NCBI GenBank assembly: GCA_950097015.1
Contig: CATNEN010000010.1
Span: 620,001 to 684,000, forward strand
Direction: 5' to 3'
DNA: 64,000 bases
Origin: Macrostomum hystrix
Taxonomy: Eukaryota > Animalia > Platyhelminthes
The position numbers were made by a program, and so were the translations under genes. Positions 47,510-60,290 of this stretch are shown here, in pieces. Under the pieces are notes generated by a model. The model had not been told where the DNA came from and made no database searches. It was given only the letters and a program-made list of their open reading frames with translations. Every line of letters begins with the position of its first letter. Positions within the stretch are counted from its first letter, which is position 1.

Positions 47510-49326
47510 CAGAGGTGAAAAAATACTAAATAATTCCCTTGCGCTACGTTAATGCACTGTCGAAATTTTTCGCAATGATGAATGCGCCAATCGTAGTCAG
47601 GCTGAAAATTAACGTTGGAGCGCGGCACACAGATGGATTCAAGCACATCGTTGTATTCAGACATTGTCGTCTTGTCGTGTCAATGCATTTCGGGTGGGTT
47701 AGAAAGCATTTAGAAATTATAAGCGCTTACCAGCTATATATATTTATATACAATAGTTAAATAGACTGCTTTGCCCCCGTTAGACCAAGGACCACTGTTT
47801 AATACATTAGTTATACTACAGTGTTCCTTGCGTTAGACATGAGTCGGATGCTTAGAAACTGGCAAGTAAAGCAATCTACTGCTGGAAAACTTTTAGAAAT
47901 GCAAGCACTGCGGATAATTTGTAACTTTATAAGTAGTCCTTAACAACATCATAACTGAGTCAGGGGGAATTCGCATCCACCGCTACAATCCCCTTTTGCT
48001 CTTAATCTCACAGAGTTACTCTAGTCCATGACCCACCGCCTCCATGCAGCTAAGTGATTAGATTAGAATAATCGCGTTTCTTTTTGCCCCTGCGCGGGGC
48101 CATTTGCCCGGCCAGCGTGGTACGCGTGATGAGCGGAAGAAAGCCGATCTGCAGTGCACCTCCCCCGAGCAATCGAGTTGATGAGCTATCGCAATTATCA
48201 TGGCGACTGCTTCTGTGAGTCCATTACTATCGCTACTATTACAATAGTCTAAAGCAAAACCTACCGGGATTATTGTGTGAGTCGCCAATTACCCCCGCCC
48301 CCGCCCCCCCGCCCGACAAATTTGCGCTAACCCGGTGCACTCTTCTGTGTTCCCGCGAGTTTCTCACGCCATGCAGTCTCCACAATGGGATTCATCTTCA
48401 TAATTGGCATTTCCCGTTCTTTTCGTGCTCCGGCACGGACGATGCCGGGAAGAGATTGGCAGAAATGGCTGGCTGTCAAAACAATGGCTGACTGGCACAT
48501 TTCACCTGACTTCTGCCAAGCTGCTCGAATCCCCTATCGGAAAAAAGATTCAGAAATCGAATATCCCAAATTTTCAGTTTCCGTGCGTGTCAATAGCAGG
48601 AAGCGGATAAGTAGAGAATCATTGGAATTCACCTTGTTATTTGACATAATTATTTGGAATTTCACGCGATCATTGATAACATGCCTCATCATGGTATGAA
48701 GCTGTGAGGTTCACAATTAAGGTTGGATGTAATTAGATTTGCTGCTGCTTGATTTGCTAACTAGCATCATAGTAACCCAACCGGCAATACCTTTCCAAAA
48801 CCTCGCCGAAAACTCCTCGCAATAGAATCGATTGAAATTCTTTTATGGGGCTTGATAAAAAATTTAAGATGCGAGAATTATTTTATTAGCTAAAAACAGG
48901 TGCGTGAGAATGGGCAATTATTTTCAGTGTGCGGTCCATTGGGGTATAGCTAGTGATAGAATTTTACAACATGCACATCTGCAAATGGCTAAGTTGCTAT
49001 GCAGCAACAATAAGCTATGACAGACAAAATTGTCTAATTTGTTTTAACTGACAATTACTCGTCACAGAAGGACAATCAGTGAGAATCCTCAGCGGTTGTG
49101 CAACTGCATGGACAGAGGATCCAGTGGGAAGATGGGGCGAGATCGGCCAGGCAGACGAGTGCAAAACTCGCACAGACATGCAAATCAGTGCACAAGAATA
49201 CAAAAGCTTTGCATTGAAGCTGAAAATCAGAACTGCAGTATCATCCAAGGTCATCCGTAAAATATTCCAGTTTGTCTTCGAGTCTGAAATTTCACTGCGG
49301 CCACCAAACAAGGGCGATGGCGAGGA

Positions 49327-51663
49327 TCAAATAAGGTCAGTCTGCTCCCAGTCAGCGGACGGCGCCTTCCGTCTCCGCTCCGACGGCGGCTCGGCGCCCG
49401 CCATCTCTGCTGCATGGCTCGCCGCGGCAGCGTCGGTCACGTCGGCGGTCATGGCCGCATTTGCCGACGCCGACGCGACGGCAACAGACGACCTCGACGC
49501 CGACGAGCCAACCGTCGACCGAACGAAGCTGCGGAAGGCGCTATCGGTGGCAACGAAGGCGAAGAAGCTGCAGGCGGCACTGGTGGGTAGCAGGCCAAAC
49601 TCGGCGACGTACTGGGAGACGGTCAGGCGGCCAAGGCGGAGCCAGTGGCTGCGGAACATCGGGTCCGATTCGTCCACGAGCCCGTTGGCCAACTTCACCA
49701 CCAGCCGGTCGGCGTGCGCAGTCATGAACAGCGCGTGAATCACTGGCGCGGGGGCCGTCAGCAGCAGGTAGGCCAGTGCGAGGCACAGCTGCCCGATGGC
49801 TGACGGCAGTTCGGGCTGTTCGCCGCGGGCCTCGTCCTGGCGCAGTAGCAGGCGGTAGGCGCCGCGGCGGCAGAGCAGGCGGCAGGTGGCCAGGCTGAGG
49901 CCGAGCACCAGGCCGAAGGGCGCCAGGCTGCGTGCGGCGGCATTCAACAGCGGCTTAGCGCGAGTCACGTAGGCCAGGTTGGAGTCGAAGTGGCGCAGCC
50001 GGACGTACTGCACGCACTGCCGGCCGACGGTGGAGCGGGCCGGGGCGGCCAGCTCGTCGCCGATGACCAGCAGGCAGTTGAGGATGCAGGCGGAGCAGAA
50101 GGCGCTGAGGGCCAGCACCCAGAGCCGGCGAGGCGGCAGCGGCTTGTGACCGCCGCTGCTGCAGCAGGCGGCGCGCACGGCAAGGAACCTCTCGGCTGCG
50201 AGCACCACCAGCAGGTAGGCGGATGTTTCTGCTGCCAGGTTGAACAGGTGCGGCTGGAACTTGCACCAAAGGTCGGAGGCGCCGCTTGGCCTCAGACTGT
50301 GGTTGTGCTCCATGTAGTTGTCGGTGAATAGTGACACAAGAGACACGATTAACACTGCGGAGTCGCTGACTGCCAATAGGGCTATCAGAAGACTCCGACC
50401 GCCGCCGTGGCGATGAGCTCGACGAGCGTAAAACAGCAGGACGACGGCGTTCAGGAGGAGGCCAATCGCGGCGATCAGCGGCAGGACGGCACGCATGGCG
50501 GACTTGGCGCCAAGGATGGCCGGGATGCGGCTGCGGTACTGCCTGTAGGCTGAGTACTCCCGCCACAGCTGCCGGCGCGTCCCCTCCCAGAGGTTCAGCA
50601 GCTCCGAGTAGGCTGGGGAAACAACAGTGATCTCAAGCGATGACGACGGCGCCACGGACAGCCGAGTGAGGTTTCGGCAGCCGTCAAGCACGGCCTGAAG
50701 CTCCTCCATCTCGCCCTCGTCCAGCTGTCCGGCCAGCCGGCCGTCAAGATCTTCGCGCAAGACTCGGCAGCGAAATTCGGAGATCTTGGCCGGCGGCCGG
50801 TACGTCCATCGACGCAGGTGAAGCAGCAGGTGGCCGAGTACCTGACGGCCGAGGCTGCGGCTGTCAGCCGACTGTGACAGATTCGACGCGGAAGAAGATT
50901 CGGCCACATGAGCGCCATTTCCCGAGACGGATGTCGCCGAGGACTCGCCGGGCACTGCGGCTGTGTCGGGCGCATCGCCAGATTGTCCAGGCCAGGCGTC
51001 GGCGGCCCAGGCAAGCTCAGACAAGCGGATGTAGCCAGCCAGAGCTTGCGACAGCCTGCCGGCCGTGGCTTCCACCAGGATGTCGCCGGCCAGGCGAAGG
51101 AGCTCGCAGGTAGCATTGTCGGAGCCGCCGCTTTGGCCATAGAAGACGCCCGGCACCAAGAAGGCTTCGAGCGGCCGGCCACCGCAGTCGGACACGCGAG
51201 CCGAGTGGCGCTCGACAAAATCGACGAAGTCGAATGTGTCCCTGGCCAGGCGGGGGTAGCGGGCCAGCCAGTGCCGGCGCAGGCGGCCGCCAGGTCTGAC
51301 GGCCCGGTAGACCCGGTGGTAACGCTCCATCTCGCCGGAGAATTCGGCCAGGGTCTCCAGCGCCTTCTCCCAGGACCACTTGTTGAAGTAGACGGAGCCG
51401 CCGATTGTGTAGGCGCCGCCCAGGTTAGCAACGAGGCGCCAGGGAGCGGCGAAGTGGCGCAGGAAGCCGCGGAACTTGATAGCCGCGTAGGCCCACTCGT
51501 GCCGCAGGAAGCGGAAGTCGTGCCGCACCACGGCCAGAGCCTCGGCCAGCGCCGCCTCCTCTAGCGGCGTCGGCGTCGTTGGCGAAGTTGTCAAAGTCGC
51601 CGGTGATGTCGGCGAAGTCAAATGGGCGGCGGCGACGATCAGCAGCAGCGTCAGGAGCGACAT
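49327..51663 (-). CDS. Class A peptide-receptor-like GPCR with a large N-terminal ectodomain, intronless, 778 aa
   Basis: Signal peptide and ~370-aa ectodomain, then a 7TM with GLLLNAVV (TM1), LAVSD (TM2), WCK..SAYLLVVLAAERFLAV (TM3), PFGLV (TM5), LLLTAP (TM6) and SAACSFFAF..FR (TM7/H8). Confidence 0.88.
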   Translation of the reverse strand: MSLLTLLLIVAAAHLTSPTSPATLTTSPTTPTPLEEAALAEALAVVRHDFRFLRHEWAYAAIKFRGFLRHFAAPWRLVANLGGAYTIGGSVYFNKWSWEKALETLAEFSGEMERYHRVYRAVRPGGRLRRHWLARYPRLARDTFDFVDFVERHSARVSDCGGRPLEAFLVPGVFYGQSGGSDNATCELLRLAGDILVEATAGRLSQALAGYIRLSELAWAADAWPGQSGDAPDTAAVPGESSATSVSGNGAHVAESSSASNLSQSADSRSLGRQVLGHLLLHLRRWTYRPPAKISEFRCRVLREDLDGRLAGQLDEGEMEELQAVLDGCRNLTRLSVAPSSSLEITVVSPAYSELLNLWEGTRRQLWREYSAYRQYRSRIPAILGAKSAMRAVLPLIAAIGLLLNAVVLLFYARRAHRHGGGRSLLIALLAVSDSAVLIVSLVSLFTDNYMEHNHSLRPSGASDLWCKFQPHLFNLAAETSAYLLVVLAAERFLAVRAACCSSGGHKPLPPRRLWVLALSAFCSACILNCLLVIGDELAAPARSTVGRQCVQYVRLRHFDSNLAYVTRAKPLLNAAARSLAPFGLVLGLSLATCRLLCRRGAYRLLLRQDEARGEQPELPSAIGQLCLALAYLLLTAPAPVIHALFMTAHADRLVVKLANGLVDESDPMFRSHWLRLGRLTVSQYVAEFGLLPTSAACSFFAFVATDSAFRSFVRSTVGSSASRSSVAVASASANAAMTADVTDAAAASHAAEMAGAEPPSERRRKAPSADWEQTDLI

Positions 51664-53030
51664 CTGTGCGGCGGCCTCCTGGAACGGAACGGAAAGCTAA
51701 ACTGCTGGCTCACTTTTGCAGCCCTGTCTCCCCCTCTGCCTGGCAATTTTCAGTTTAAATGGCCCAACTGTCCCGATTCCCATTTTTCCGCGCCCTGATT
51801 CGCCAGAGGGCGCCCAGCCAGTTGCCAGGTGGCTTCCCATCTTCCCGCCCAGATAGAGGGCGCCCACCTCTCCCTGATGGCCGCTGCTTCATCATGCAGC
51901 TTCTCCCAGACTCCAAGTTCCGCTTGCCCGGCGCTGTTAAAGCCAACAAGAGCCGCATTGTCTGCGCAGCCCCCGCAGAACAAGACAGGGGGGGCGAGGA
52001 GGGGGGTGGCTGTTCTGTCAGCCAGACTGCCAGCTGCGCCACGGACAACAATGGACGGCAACTAAATTAGAGGACTTCGCCAGCTGGCTTGGGGATTTGT
52101 CCGCCCACTAGTCCCCCCTCCATTTTCAGGTGAAAATTTCTGCAGCCTGTAATCCCCATCTGATATCCCAATTCATTAGCGAGGCGAATTGTGCCTCCGC
52201 ATTCAAGCAGGTTGAGGCGCCAACCCCACTCCCTCCAGGCCAGCCGGGTGGAAAATCCGAGCAGCTGGCCGGGTCCGGGCGCATCTCAGGAGGCCCAGAG
52301 ACAGGCCGGGCATGAATTATGGAACAGCAGCCAGCAGCTCGAATGCCTCACCAGATTCCCATCTTTTCCTCATCAACGTGAGTCGAGTATTTCCTAGATG
52401 TCAGTTCAGGACGCAGATTTCCGCAGTGCTGGGGGTGGCTGAGGAGGCGCCGGCCGGTGCCCGCTTTGATCGTGACTTTTTTCCCCGCCACATTGGTGCC
52501 ACATGAATTTGTTCAACCTACGCCTCAGAGCCTACTGCCCCCCCAAGCCCCGACCTCATGGTAATTAGGGCGCGCTCAGGAAAATTTGAATACGCCAGAC
52601 TCTGCCCGTCCGCCCTCCCTACTTTCTTCATCAAATCAATAGGGGCTGGGTGCTCATTTCTATTGCTCGGCATTTCAAAATTCAACCTCTGGCTGTGGCG
52701 CTACTACTCTGCTCCGCCCCAGATGCTCTATGCAGCCTCCCAGTCTCTTCATCAATTTGTCTGAGCAGTCTTGGAGCTCTAAGTGGCCGGCTCCTCTTCA
52801 CAACATCCCCTCCTCCGCGGCACTCCAGGGCGAGTGCCGGGGGCTGCCTCAGGCTCGCTCGGAGTTGGGAAACGAATTCTCGACTGGAGAGATGAGCAGC
52901 AATTGAGAACTCCGAATGCTTAAATGCCTACAGAATACTATCGAGCCAGACAATTTACTCACTCATCCCACGAGACGAGCACCTGGCAAAGTTCTCTAAG
53001 CACCAAACAGAAGCTTTCTTAGCCATGATT

Positions 53031-53354
53031 TCACTCATGAGCTCACTCATGAACTCACTCATGAACTCACTCATGAACTCACTCATGAACTCACTTACGA
53101 ACTCACTCATGAACTCACTCATGAACTCACTCATGAACTCACTTACGAACTCACTCATGAACTCACTCATGAACTCACTCATGAACTCACTCATGAACTC
53201 ACTTACGAACTCACTCATGAACTCACTCATGAACTCACTCATGAACTCACTTACGAACTCACTCATGAACTCACTCATGAACTCACTTACGAACTCACTC
53301 ATGAACTCACTCATGAACTCACTCATGAACTCACTCATGAACTCACTCATGAAC
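53031..53354. repeat. 12-bp minisatellite (CTCACTCATGAA)
   Basis: About 27 units. Confidence 0.97.
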
Positions 53355-54189
53355 TTAATCATAAACTAACCCAGATATGTCAAATTCTGGAATGTGCAGG
53401 TCTGAGCATAGTCTCAAAGCCGCGAAGGCTTCATTCTCTTCAGCCCTCCTCAGGGAAATTGAAGCGCGATACGTATTGAAACAAAATAATATTTTCATAG
53501 GAATTGGCAGCAGCAGAATTCATCAATTCCCACCCACCCCCGCACAGAAGCCGCAGCATTGCAGCGCTGCTAAGAGCACTCACCTGAGACGACCCCGCGC
53601 GCCACCTGAATTTCAAGAATTGCTGAGCAGCAGAGCGGGTCCGGAGCAGGGCGGGGCTGAGTCCGCTGACAGCGGCGAACTGACACGCACAGTTTTGACT
53701 GGCAGAGAGACATCCGAGCCGGAGTGTGAAAGTGGGGGCTGAGCAGATGCTGCGGGCTCTTTTAGAGGAAAGAACCTAGCAAGGCGCGCAACAGAAATTT
53801 TAATGAAGACTTGCCTGGCCTGAACTGCTGGGACGGAGCGGGGGCTGAGAGGGGAAGCGAGACAGGGACTCCTGGAATTTGAGTCGCGTGGGGGAGATGT
53901 GACAAAAGGTAAGCGGGCGCTGCAAGCTGAAGAGGCCAAGGAATGCGAATTCGCGGGGCAGGTGGGAAGCGACGGGGAGCAGCTGAGCCAGAGAAAGATT
54001 TAGAAAAAGGGATAAAAATGTTTAGGAAGCCTGCAGGACAAGGAAATTTGTAACAGAAGTGAGTTGGACAGAGATGAAGGTGAGAGGGAAGCGGGGGTTG
54101 AGACTGCGAAAATGGAATGAAAATTCTGACGAGTCGAGACATGGCTAGGAATGTATAAAAAAGGATTGGAGCAAGTTAAGAGAGGAGGA

Positions 54190-56400
54190 GGATAGAGGAA
54201 GAGGGAGAGAGGGGAGAAGGATAAAGGGAAGAAGGATAGAGGGAAGAAGGATAGAGGGGAGAAGGATAGGGGGAAGAAGGATAGAGGGAAGAAGGATAGA
54301 GGGAAGAAAGATAGAGGGGAGAAGGATAGAGGGAAGAAGGATAGAGGGAAGAAGGATAGGGGTGAGAAGGATAGAGTGGAGAAGAATAGAGGGAAGAAGG
54401 ATAGAGGGGAGAAAGATGGAGGGAGAAAGATAGAGGGGAGAAGGATAGAGGGAAGAAGGATAGAGGGGAGAAGGATAGGGGGAGAAGGATAGGGGTGAGA
54501 AGGATAGAGGGAAGAAGGATAGAGGGGAGAAAGATAGAGGGGAGAAGGATAGAGGAAAGAAGGATAGAGGGGAGAAAGATAGAGGGGAGAAAGATAGAGG
54601 GGAGAAAGATAGAGGGTAGAAGGATAGAGGGAAGAAGGATAGAGGGGAGAAGGATAGGGGGAGAAGGATAGGGGTGAGAAGGATAGAGGGAAGAAGGATA
54701 GAGGGGAGAAAGATAGAGGGGAGAAGGATAGAGGGAAGAAGGATAGAGGGAAGAAGGATAGAGGGGAGAAGGATAGAGGGAAGAAGGATAGGGGTGAGAA
54801 AGATAGAGGGGAGAAAGATAGAGGGGAGAAAGATAGAGGGGAGAAGGATAGAGGGAAGAAGGATAGAGGGGAGAAAGATAGGGGGAGAAGGATAGAGTGG
54901 AAAAGGATAGAGGGAAGAAGGATAGAGGGGAGAAAGATAGAGGGGAGAAAGATAGAGGGGAGAAAGATAGAGGGGAGAAGGATAGAGGGAAGAAGGATAG
55001 AGGGGAGAAAGATAGGGGGAGAAGGATAGGGGTGAGAAGGATAGAGGGAAGAAGGATAGAGGGGAGAAGGATAGAGGGAAGAAGGATAGGGGTGAGAAGG
55101 ATAGGGGGAAGAAGGATAGAGGGAAGAAGGATAGAGAGAAGAAAGATAGAGGGGAGAAGGATAGAGGGAAGAAGGATAGAGGGAAGAAGGATAGGGGTGA
55201 GAAGGATAGAGTGGAGAAGAATAGAGGGAAGAAGGATAGAGGGGAGAAAGATAGAGGGAGAAAGATAGAGGGGAGAAGGATAGAGGGAAGAAGGATAGAG
55301 GGGAGAAGGATAGGGGGAGAAGGATAGGGGTGAGAAGGATAGAGGGAAGAAGGATAGAGGGGAGAAAGATAGAGGGGAGAAGGATAGAGGGAAGAAGGAT
55401 AGAGGGGAGAAAGATAGAGGGGAGAAAGATAGAGGGGAGAAAGATAGAGGGGAGAAGGATAGAGGGAAGAAGGATAGAGGGGAGAAGGATAGGGGGAGAA
55501 GGATAGGGGTGAGAAGGATAGAGGGAAGAAGTATAGAGGGGAGAAAGATAGAGGGGAGAAGGATAGAGGGAAGAAGGATAGAGGGAAGAAGGATAGAGGG
55601 GAGAAGGATAGAGGGGAGAAGGATAGAGGGAAGAAGGATAGGGGTGAGAAAGATAGAGGGGAGAAAGATAGAGGGGAGAAGGATAGAGGGAAGAAGGATA
55701 GAGGGGAGAAAGATAGGGGGAGAAGGATAGAGTGGAAAAGGATAGAGGGAAGAAGGATAGAGGGGAGAAAGATAGAGGGGAGAAAGATAGAGGGGAGAAA
55801 GATAGAGGGGAGAAGGATAGAGGGAAGAAGGATAGAGGGGAGAAAGATAGGGGGAGAAGGATAGGGGTGAGAAGGATAGAGGGAAGAAGGATAGAGGGGA
55901 GAAGGATAGAGGGAAGAAGGATAGGGGTGAGAAGGATAGAGGGAAGAAGGATAGAGGGAAGAAGGATAGAGTGGAGAAGGATAGAGGGAAGAAGGATAGA
56001 GGGGAGAAAGATAGAGGGGAGAAAGATAGAGGGGAGAAAGATAGAGGGGAGAAGGATAGAGGGAAGAAGGATAGAGGGGAGAAAGATAGGGGGAGAAGGA
56101 TAGGGGTGAGAAGGATAGAGGGAAGAAGGATAGAGGGGAGAAGGATAGAGGGAAGAAGGATAGGGGTGAGAAGGATAGAGGGAAGAAGGATAGAGGGAAG
56201 AAGGATAGAGTGGAGAAGGATTGAGGGAAGAAGGATAGAGGGGAGAAAGATAGGGGGAGAAGGATAGGGGTGAGAACGATAGAGGGAAGAAGGATAGAGG
56301 GGAGAAGGATAGAGGGAAGAAGGATAGAGGGGAGAAGGATAGAGGGAAGAAGGATAGGGGGGAGAAAGATAGAGGGGAGAAGGATAGAGGGAAGAAGGAT
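54190..56400. repeat. 15-bp polypurine minisatellite (GAAGGATAGAGGG(A/G)A), 2.2 kb
   Basis: About 148 units; the rare variant AGTGGAAAAGG occurs at 54896 and 55731. Confidence 0.98.
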
Positions 56401-57085
56401 GGTTGTAGGAGGCAGCGAGGCAGTGTCTAGAAGCCACTCAGCCGGCAATCCTGTGAGAAGCGGCAGTGCAGACTCAACCCATAGTTACACGATGCTTCCC
56501 CGGGTCGGAGAAAGAGCTGCCATAGTTAGGGGGCCGACAGAATCCGACACCAACCCTTGGGGAATGCTAATACCCCTGTGTGGGTCGAAGGCTGGGCTGC
56601 CGATTGCGCCACAAGTCACTCCTTGTTCCAAAAGTCCCAAGTTGGGAATTAACGCAAGGACTTATATTAGCGAGGAAAACAGCAAAACAGCAATTTTTCT
56701 GCTACTCTTGTCCGGCTAAAAAGTAGATTCTTCAAGAACTGCCTGGCCAATGAGCCACCGACTCTTTCCTGGAAATCTCTCTGGCCGCACCGGAGACACC
56801 TGAGACATCCTCTTTGATGAAGCCGCGCCCCGCTCAGCTGCCTCAGCCTCCGGGGTTTCCGCACGCCCCAGTCAGTCAGTCAGCCCAGGGTGAACCGGCC
56901 TCTGAAAAGCTCTTACTGCAGCTTGTGACTCAGTGGCTGCTTTCTGAATTGCCCAGACTCTGAGCTGCTAAGTGAATCATTTATGGCAGAGAAGACTTTG
57001 GTGGATTGAGCCATTTAACTTGCCTCACACTTCTGCCATTGTCTGCGCACACTTGGACAGCCTGGACAGGAGCCTACAGCCTCCT

Positions 57086-57086
57086 C

Positions 57087-57167
<81 letters not shown>

Positions 57168-57168
57168 T

Positions 57169-57239
<71 letters not shown>

Positions 57240-57250
57240 TACAGACAGTC

Positions 57251-57315
<65 letters not shown>

Positions 57316-57343
57316 TACAGACAGACATACAGACAGTCAGACA
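57086..57343. repeat. (GACA)n microsatellite
   Basis: Imperfect GACA run. Confidence 0.98.
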
Positions 57344-59844
57344 GGAGCAGTTTGCAATCAGTCACAAATAAGTCAGCAGAAACTTGATCACATTTTCATA
57401 TTTTCGAATTTGCATTGGCAGCCGATCCTCCTAAATGAGGGCGCTGTGGCCGAAGCCTGAAATCCCAGGGCTGGCTTCATCAAAGCCCAGCAGCCCCACC
57501 CCAAGCCGAATTGCATTTCGGCCGCCTCGTGTTCTGATCAGTGTTGCGCAGAAAACACAGTCTGCAGTCTGCAATACCCAAGATGGAAAGCCGAGTGGAC
57601 GGTGATGGGGGACCAGCCAATTGGATGCTGGGAAGACATTGTGTGGGAGACGGGAGAAGAGGCTAAACAAGTCCCCAAAGCTGACTTTCATTCAGTCATT
57701 CGGGGCAACTAGATGTCTCGAATTTCGCTTCGAACTTCTGGTGTGTGTGTGTGTGTGTGTGTGCGAAGTCCCTCCCATTCTCTGTCCTGTTCCCTCTGCT
57801 GTGATTAATGACCGCTGCTGCAGCGAGTTCGCCCGCCTCTCGCCCCAGCATTTTCTTGCAGTGAATGCCATTTTTCAGCCCAGCTGGGCAGATTATTGGT
57901 GTGTAAGGGAAGAAAACTGTTTTCCCTGTTGGATTCCCAACAGCGAGAGCCCACCATATCCCACCCAGCCATCTTGGTTCCCAAGATCCTCAAGGCACTC
58001 AAAAGCTGGGATTTAGGGAAAAATTTCTGGTTGCCGCTTCCTCCCTAGCCGTGTCCCAGAATCTCATTGATGGAGCTGCATCTGAGAGAGGAAAAAATCC
58101 CTCTTGCGCTGGGAAATTATTCCCAAACCAATTTGAAGCTGCCGCGACAAAAATGGTTACAATGACAAGAGACTGCTGCGAGGGTACTCCGCGCACCCCG
58201 ATTGAGTTGGCGGGGATGTCAGGGAGTGGCGGGGACTCACGGTTGCGTCACAGCTGCCAAGTGCGGCGGGGCCGGCAATCCATCTCGCATTCACTGCGCG
58301 TGTCTCGAGTGGCTCCGGTTTGATGAGAGTCGGCGGCCGAGCTTTGATCGGCTTTTCAACTGACTCATCCAGCCGCCTCCGCATCCCCTGTAGCCGTTTC
58401 CCATGCCATGACCCCGCTCGGCGAAAATTTGGTCGTGATTTTTCCTAGATTTTTTTTTCGGAGTCGCGAGTTGCATAACTCCGCCAAGATCGCCCAGAGA
58501 TGGCACCCTCGGCCCCCACAGATCGAAGCGAAACAAATTTTCGACTCCAAAGCCAGGCGGGCGATTAACTATCGGCTGCAGTGATAGAGACCGGCCCCTG
58601 GAGACCGGCTGGGGCCCCGGATTTCATGACAGCCAGCAAGCCAGGCAGATGAGAACTGAGATTTTGAATGAGTCAGTGCTCACATGTGCTCACACGGTGC
58701 GGGTCATGTGCTTGTGTGTAAAAAAGTTGTGCAATGGTTTACCGCGCGGGCTGAGAGATCAGCTGCTGAATTATTCCCGGATGGCAACAAGAGCTGAGTT
58801 CCACCTGGGACTCAAATCTGTCTTCGGTGCGGTTGCCACAGTCTCAATGGGTGATTAGCGGACAGTGGAGGAGGCGGCGGAGACCCAGATGCGGAAGCCG
58901 GTAATGGGATCTCGCGGCTCCGCCCACCTGCGCAACTCACTGTGCTCAGGCTGTGCTCAGGCTGTGCTCAGGAACTGGCCTGAGTTGCCTAGGTGAGCTG
59001 CCTCACCCCAGCCGCATTAGCGCCCCACTCCTCCCCTCCCCGGTGCATCTGTTGGGCAAGCTTTCAATGCTTTAGCAAGAAGAGAAGCCAGAACAGATAT
59101 TTCCCAATCCGCGGCGGCCAGAACAGCTGTCCCCCCGTTACCCTCGAGACTCCCCCCGAGGCAGCAGGCGCGGAAGCGGATTTGAAAGGTGCTGTTCGCC
59201 CACCCCAGCCCGCGGGTCATGCTTTCTCCATTGTTTGCCCAGAGCGACCTCATCATCCCCTCCAAGCTCAGAATAATCCCAAAATCCCAAAGCCATTTTG
59301 CCAGTGGCTGAGTCACTGTGGGCCAGGTCGGATGGAAGACTAAAGCACCTGCACCTGGATACACTGGTCCTCATTTTCAGCTTTTATCCCTCTTTTTCTG
59401 TGTTTCCTTTCAGCCCGGCGGCCGGTGTGATGTCTCATTGGGGGCAGAACTCGACTTCGTCACGCGATTTTTCCCAAGTTGGGATTCAAGCTTTCCGGCG
59501 ACGGAAGCCGGCTTCCTGAAGCAGGGGAAGTTAAATTTTTAGATCCCCTTAATTTAGCCGGGCATGGCGTGTTGACTGGGATTTTTGAAGAAGAGGAAAT
59601 CAAAGGATGGCCTGTCAGGCGATCCTGCCTTGGAGATGGGATCTCGGTGGGGAACAGTGACGGTTGGGGACAATATCAGACCAATTAAGGGAGCATTGAG
59701 TCCAGGCAGGTGCCAATACTTTTTAGCTGGGTGAAAGGCTCGGGATCGAGAATTTGCAGCTAATGTTTCTTTCATAAATAGTAGCTTAAATTAATCACAA
59801 AATAAACTATCAAATAACGACCACTTGGAATAAAAAATTCCAAT

Positions 59845-60290
59845 CTTGGATCCCAATCCCGAATGCCAATCCCGAATCCCAATCTCGAATGCCAATCTCG
59901 AATCCCAATCCCGACCCCCAATCCCGAATCCCAATCCCGAATCCCAATCTCGAATCCCAATCCCGACCCCCAATCCTGAATCCCAATCTGGAATCCCAAT
60001 CCCGACCCCCAATCCCGAATCCCAATCTCGAATCCCAATCCCGACCCCCAATCCTGAATCCCAATCTGGAATCCCAATCTTGAATCCCAATCCCGACCCT
60101 CAATCCCGAATCCAAATCCCGAATTCCACTCCCGAATCACAATCCTGAATCCTAATCTCGAGTCACAATCCTGAAATCTGATCCCGAATCCTAATACTGA
60201 ATCCCAATTTGGAATCCCGACAGACTCCCTTACGAATCTTAACACTGAAACCAAACCTTAAAACCCCTATCCCGAATCCCAATCCAAAGT
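59845..60290. repeat. Hexamer-based C-rich repeat (AATCCC/GAATCC/AATCTC variants)
   Basis: Degenerate tandem hexamers with an approximate 38-bp superperiod. Confidence 0.9.

Noticed and set aside
54145-56448. 767-aa and 753-aa ORFs on the minus strand
   Set aside because: They are translations of a 15-bp stop-free minisatellite. The same applies to repeat ORFs at 6314, 9098, 14123, 18614, 22251, 33818, 37368, 38892, 43982, 52955, 56972, 59772 and 61753.
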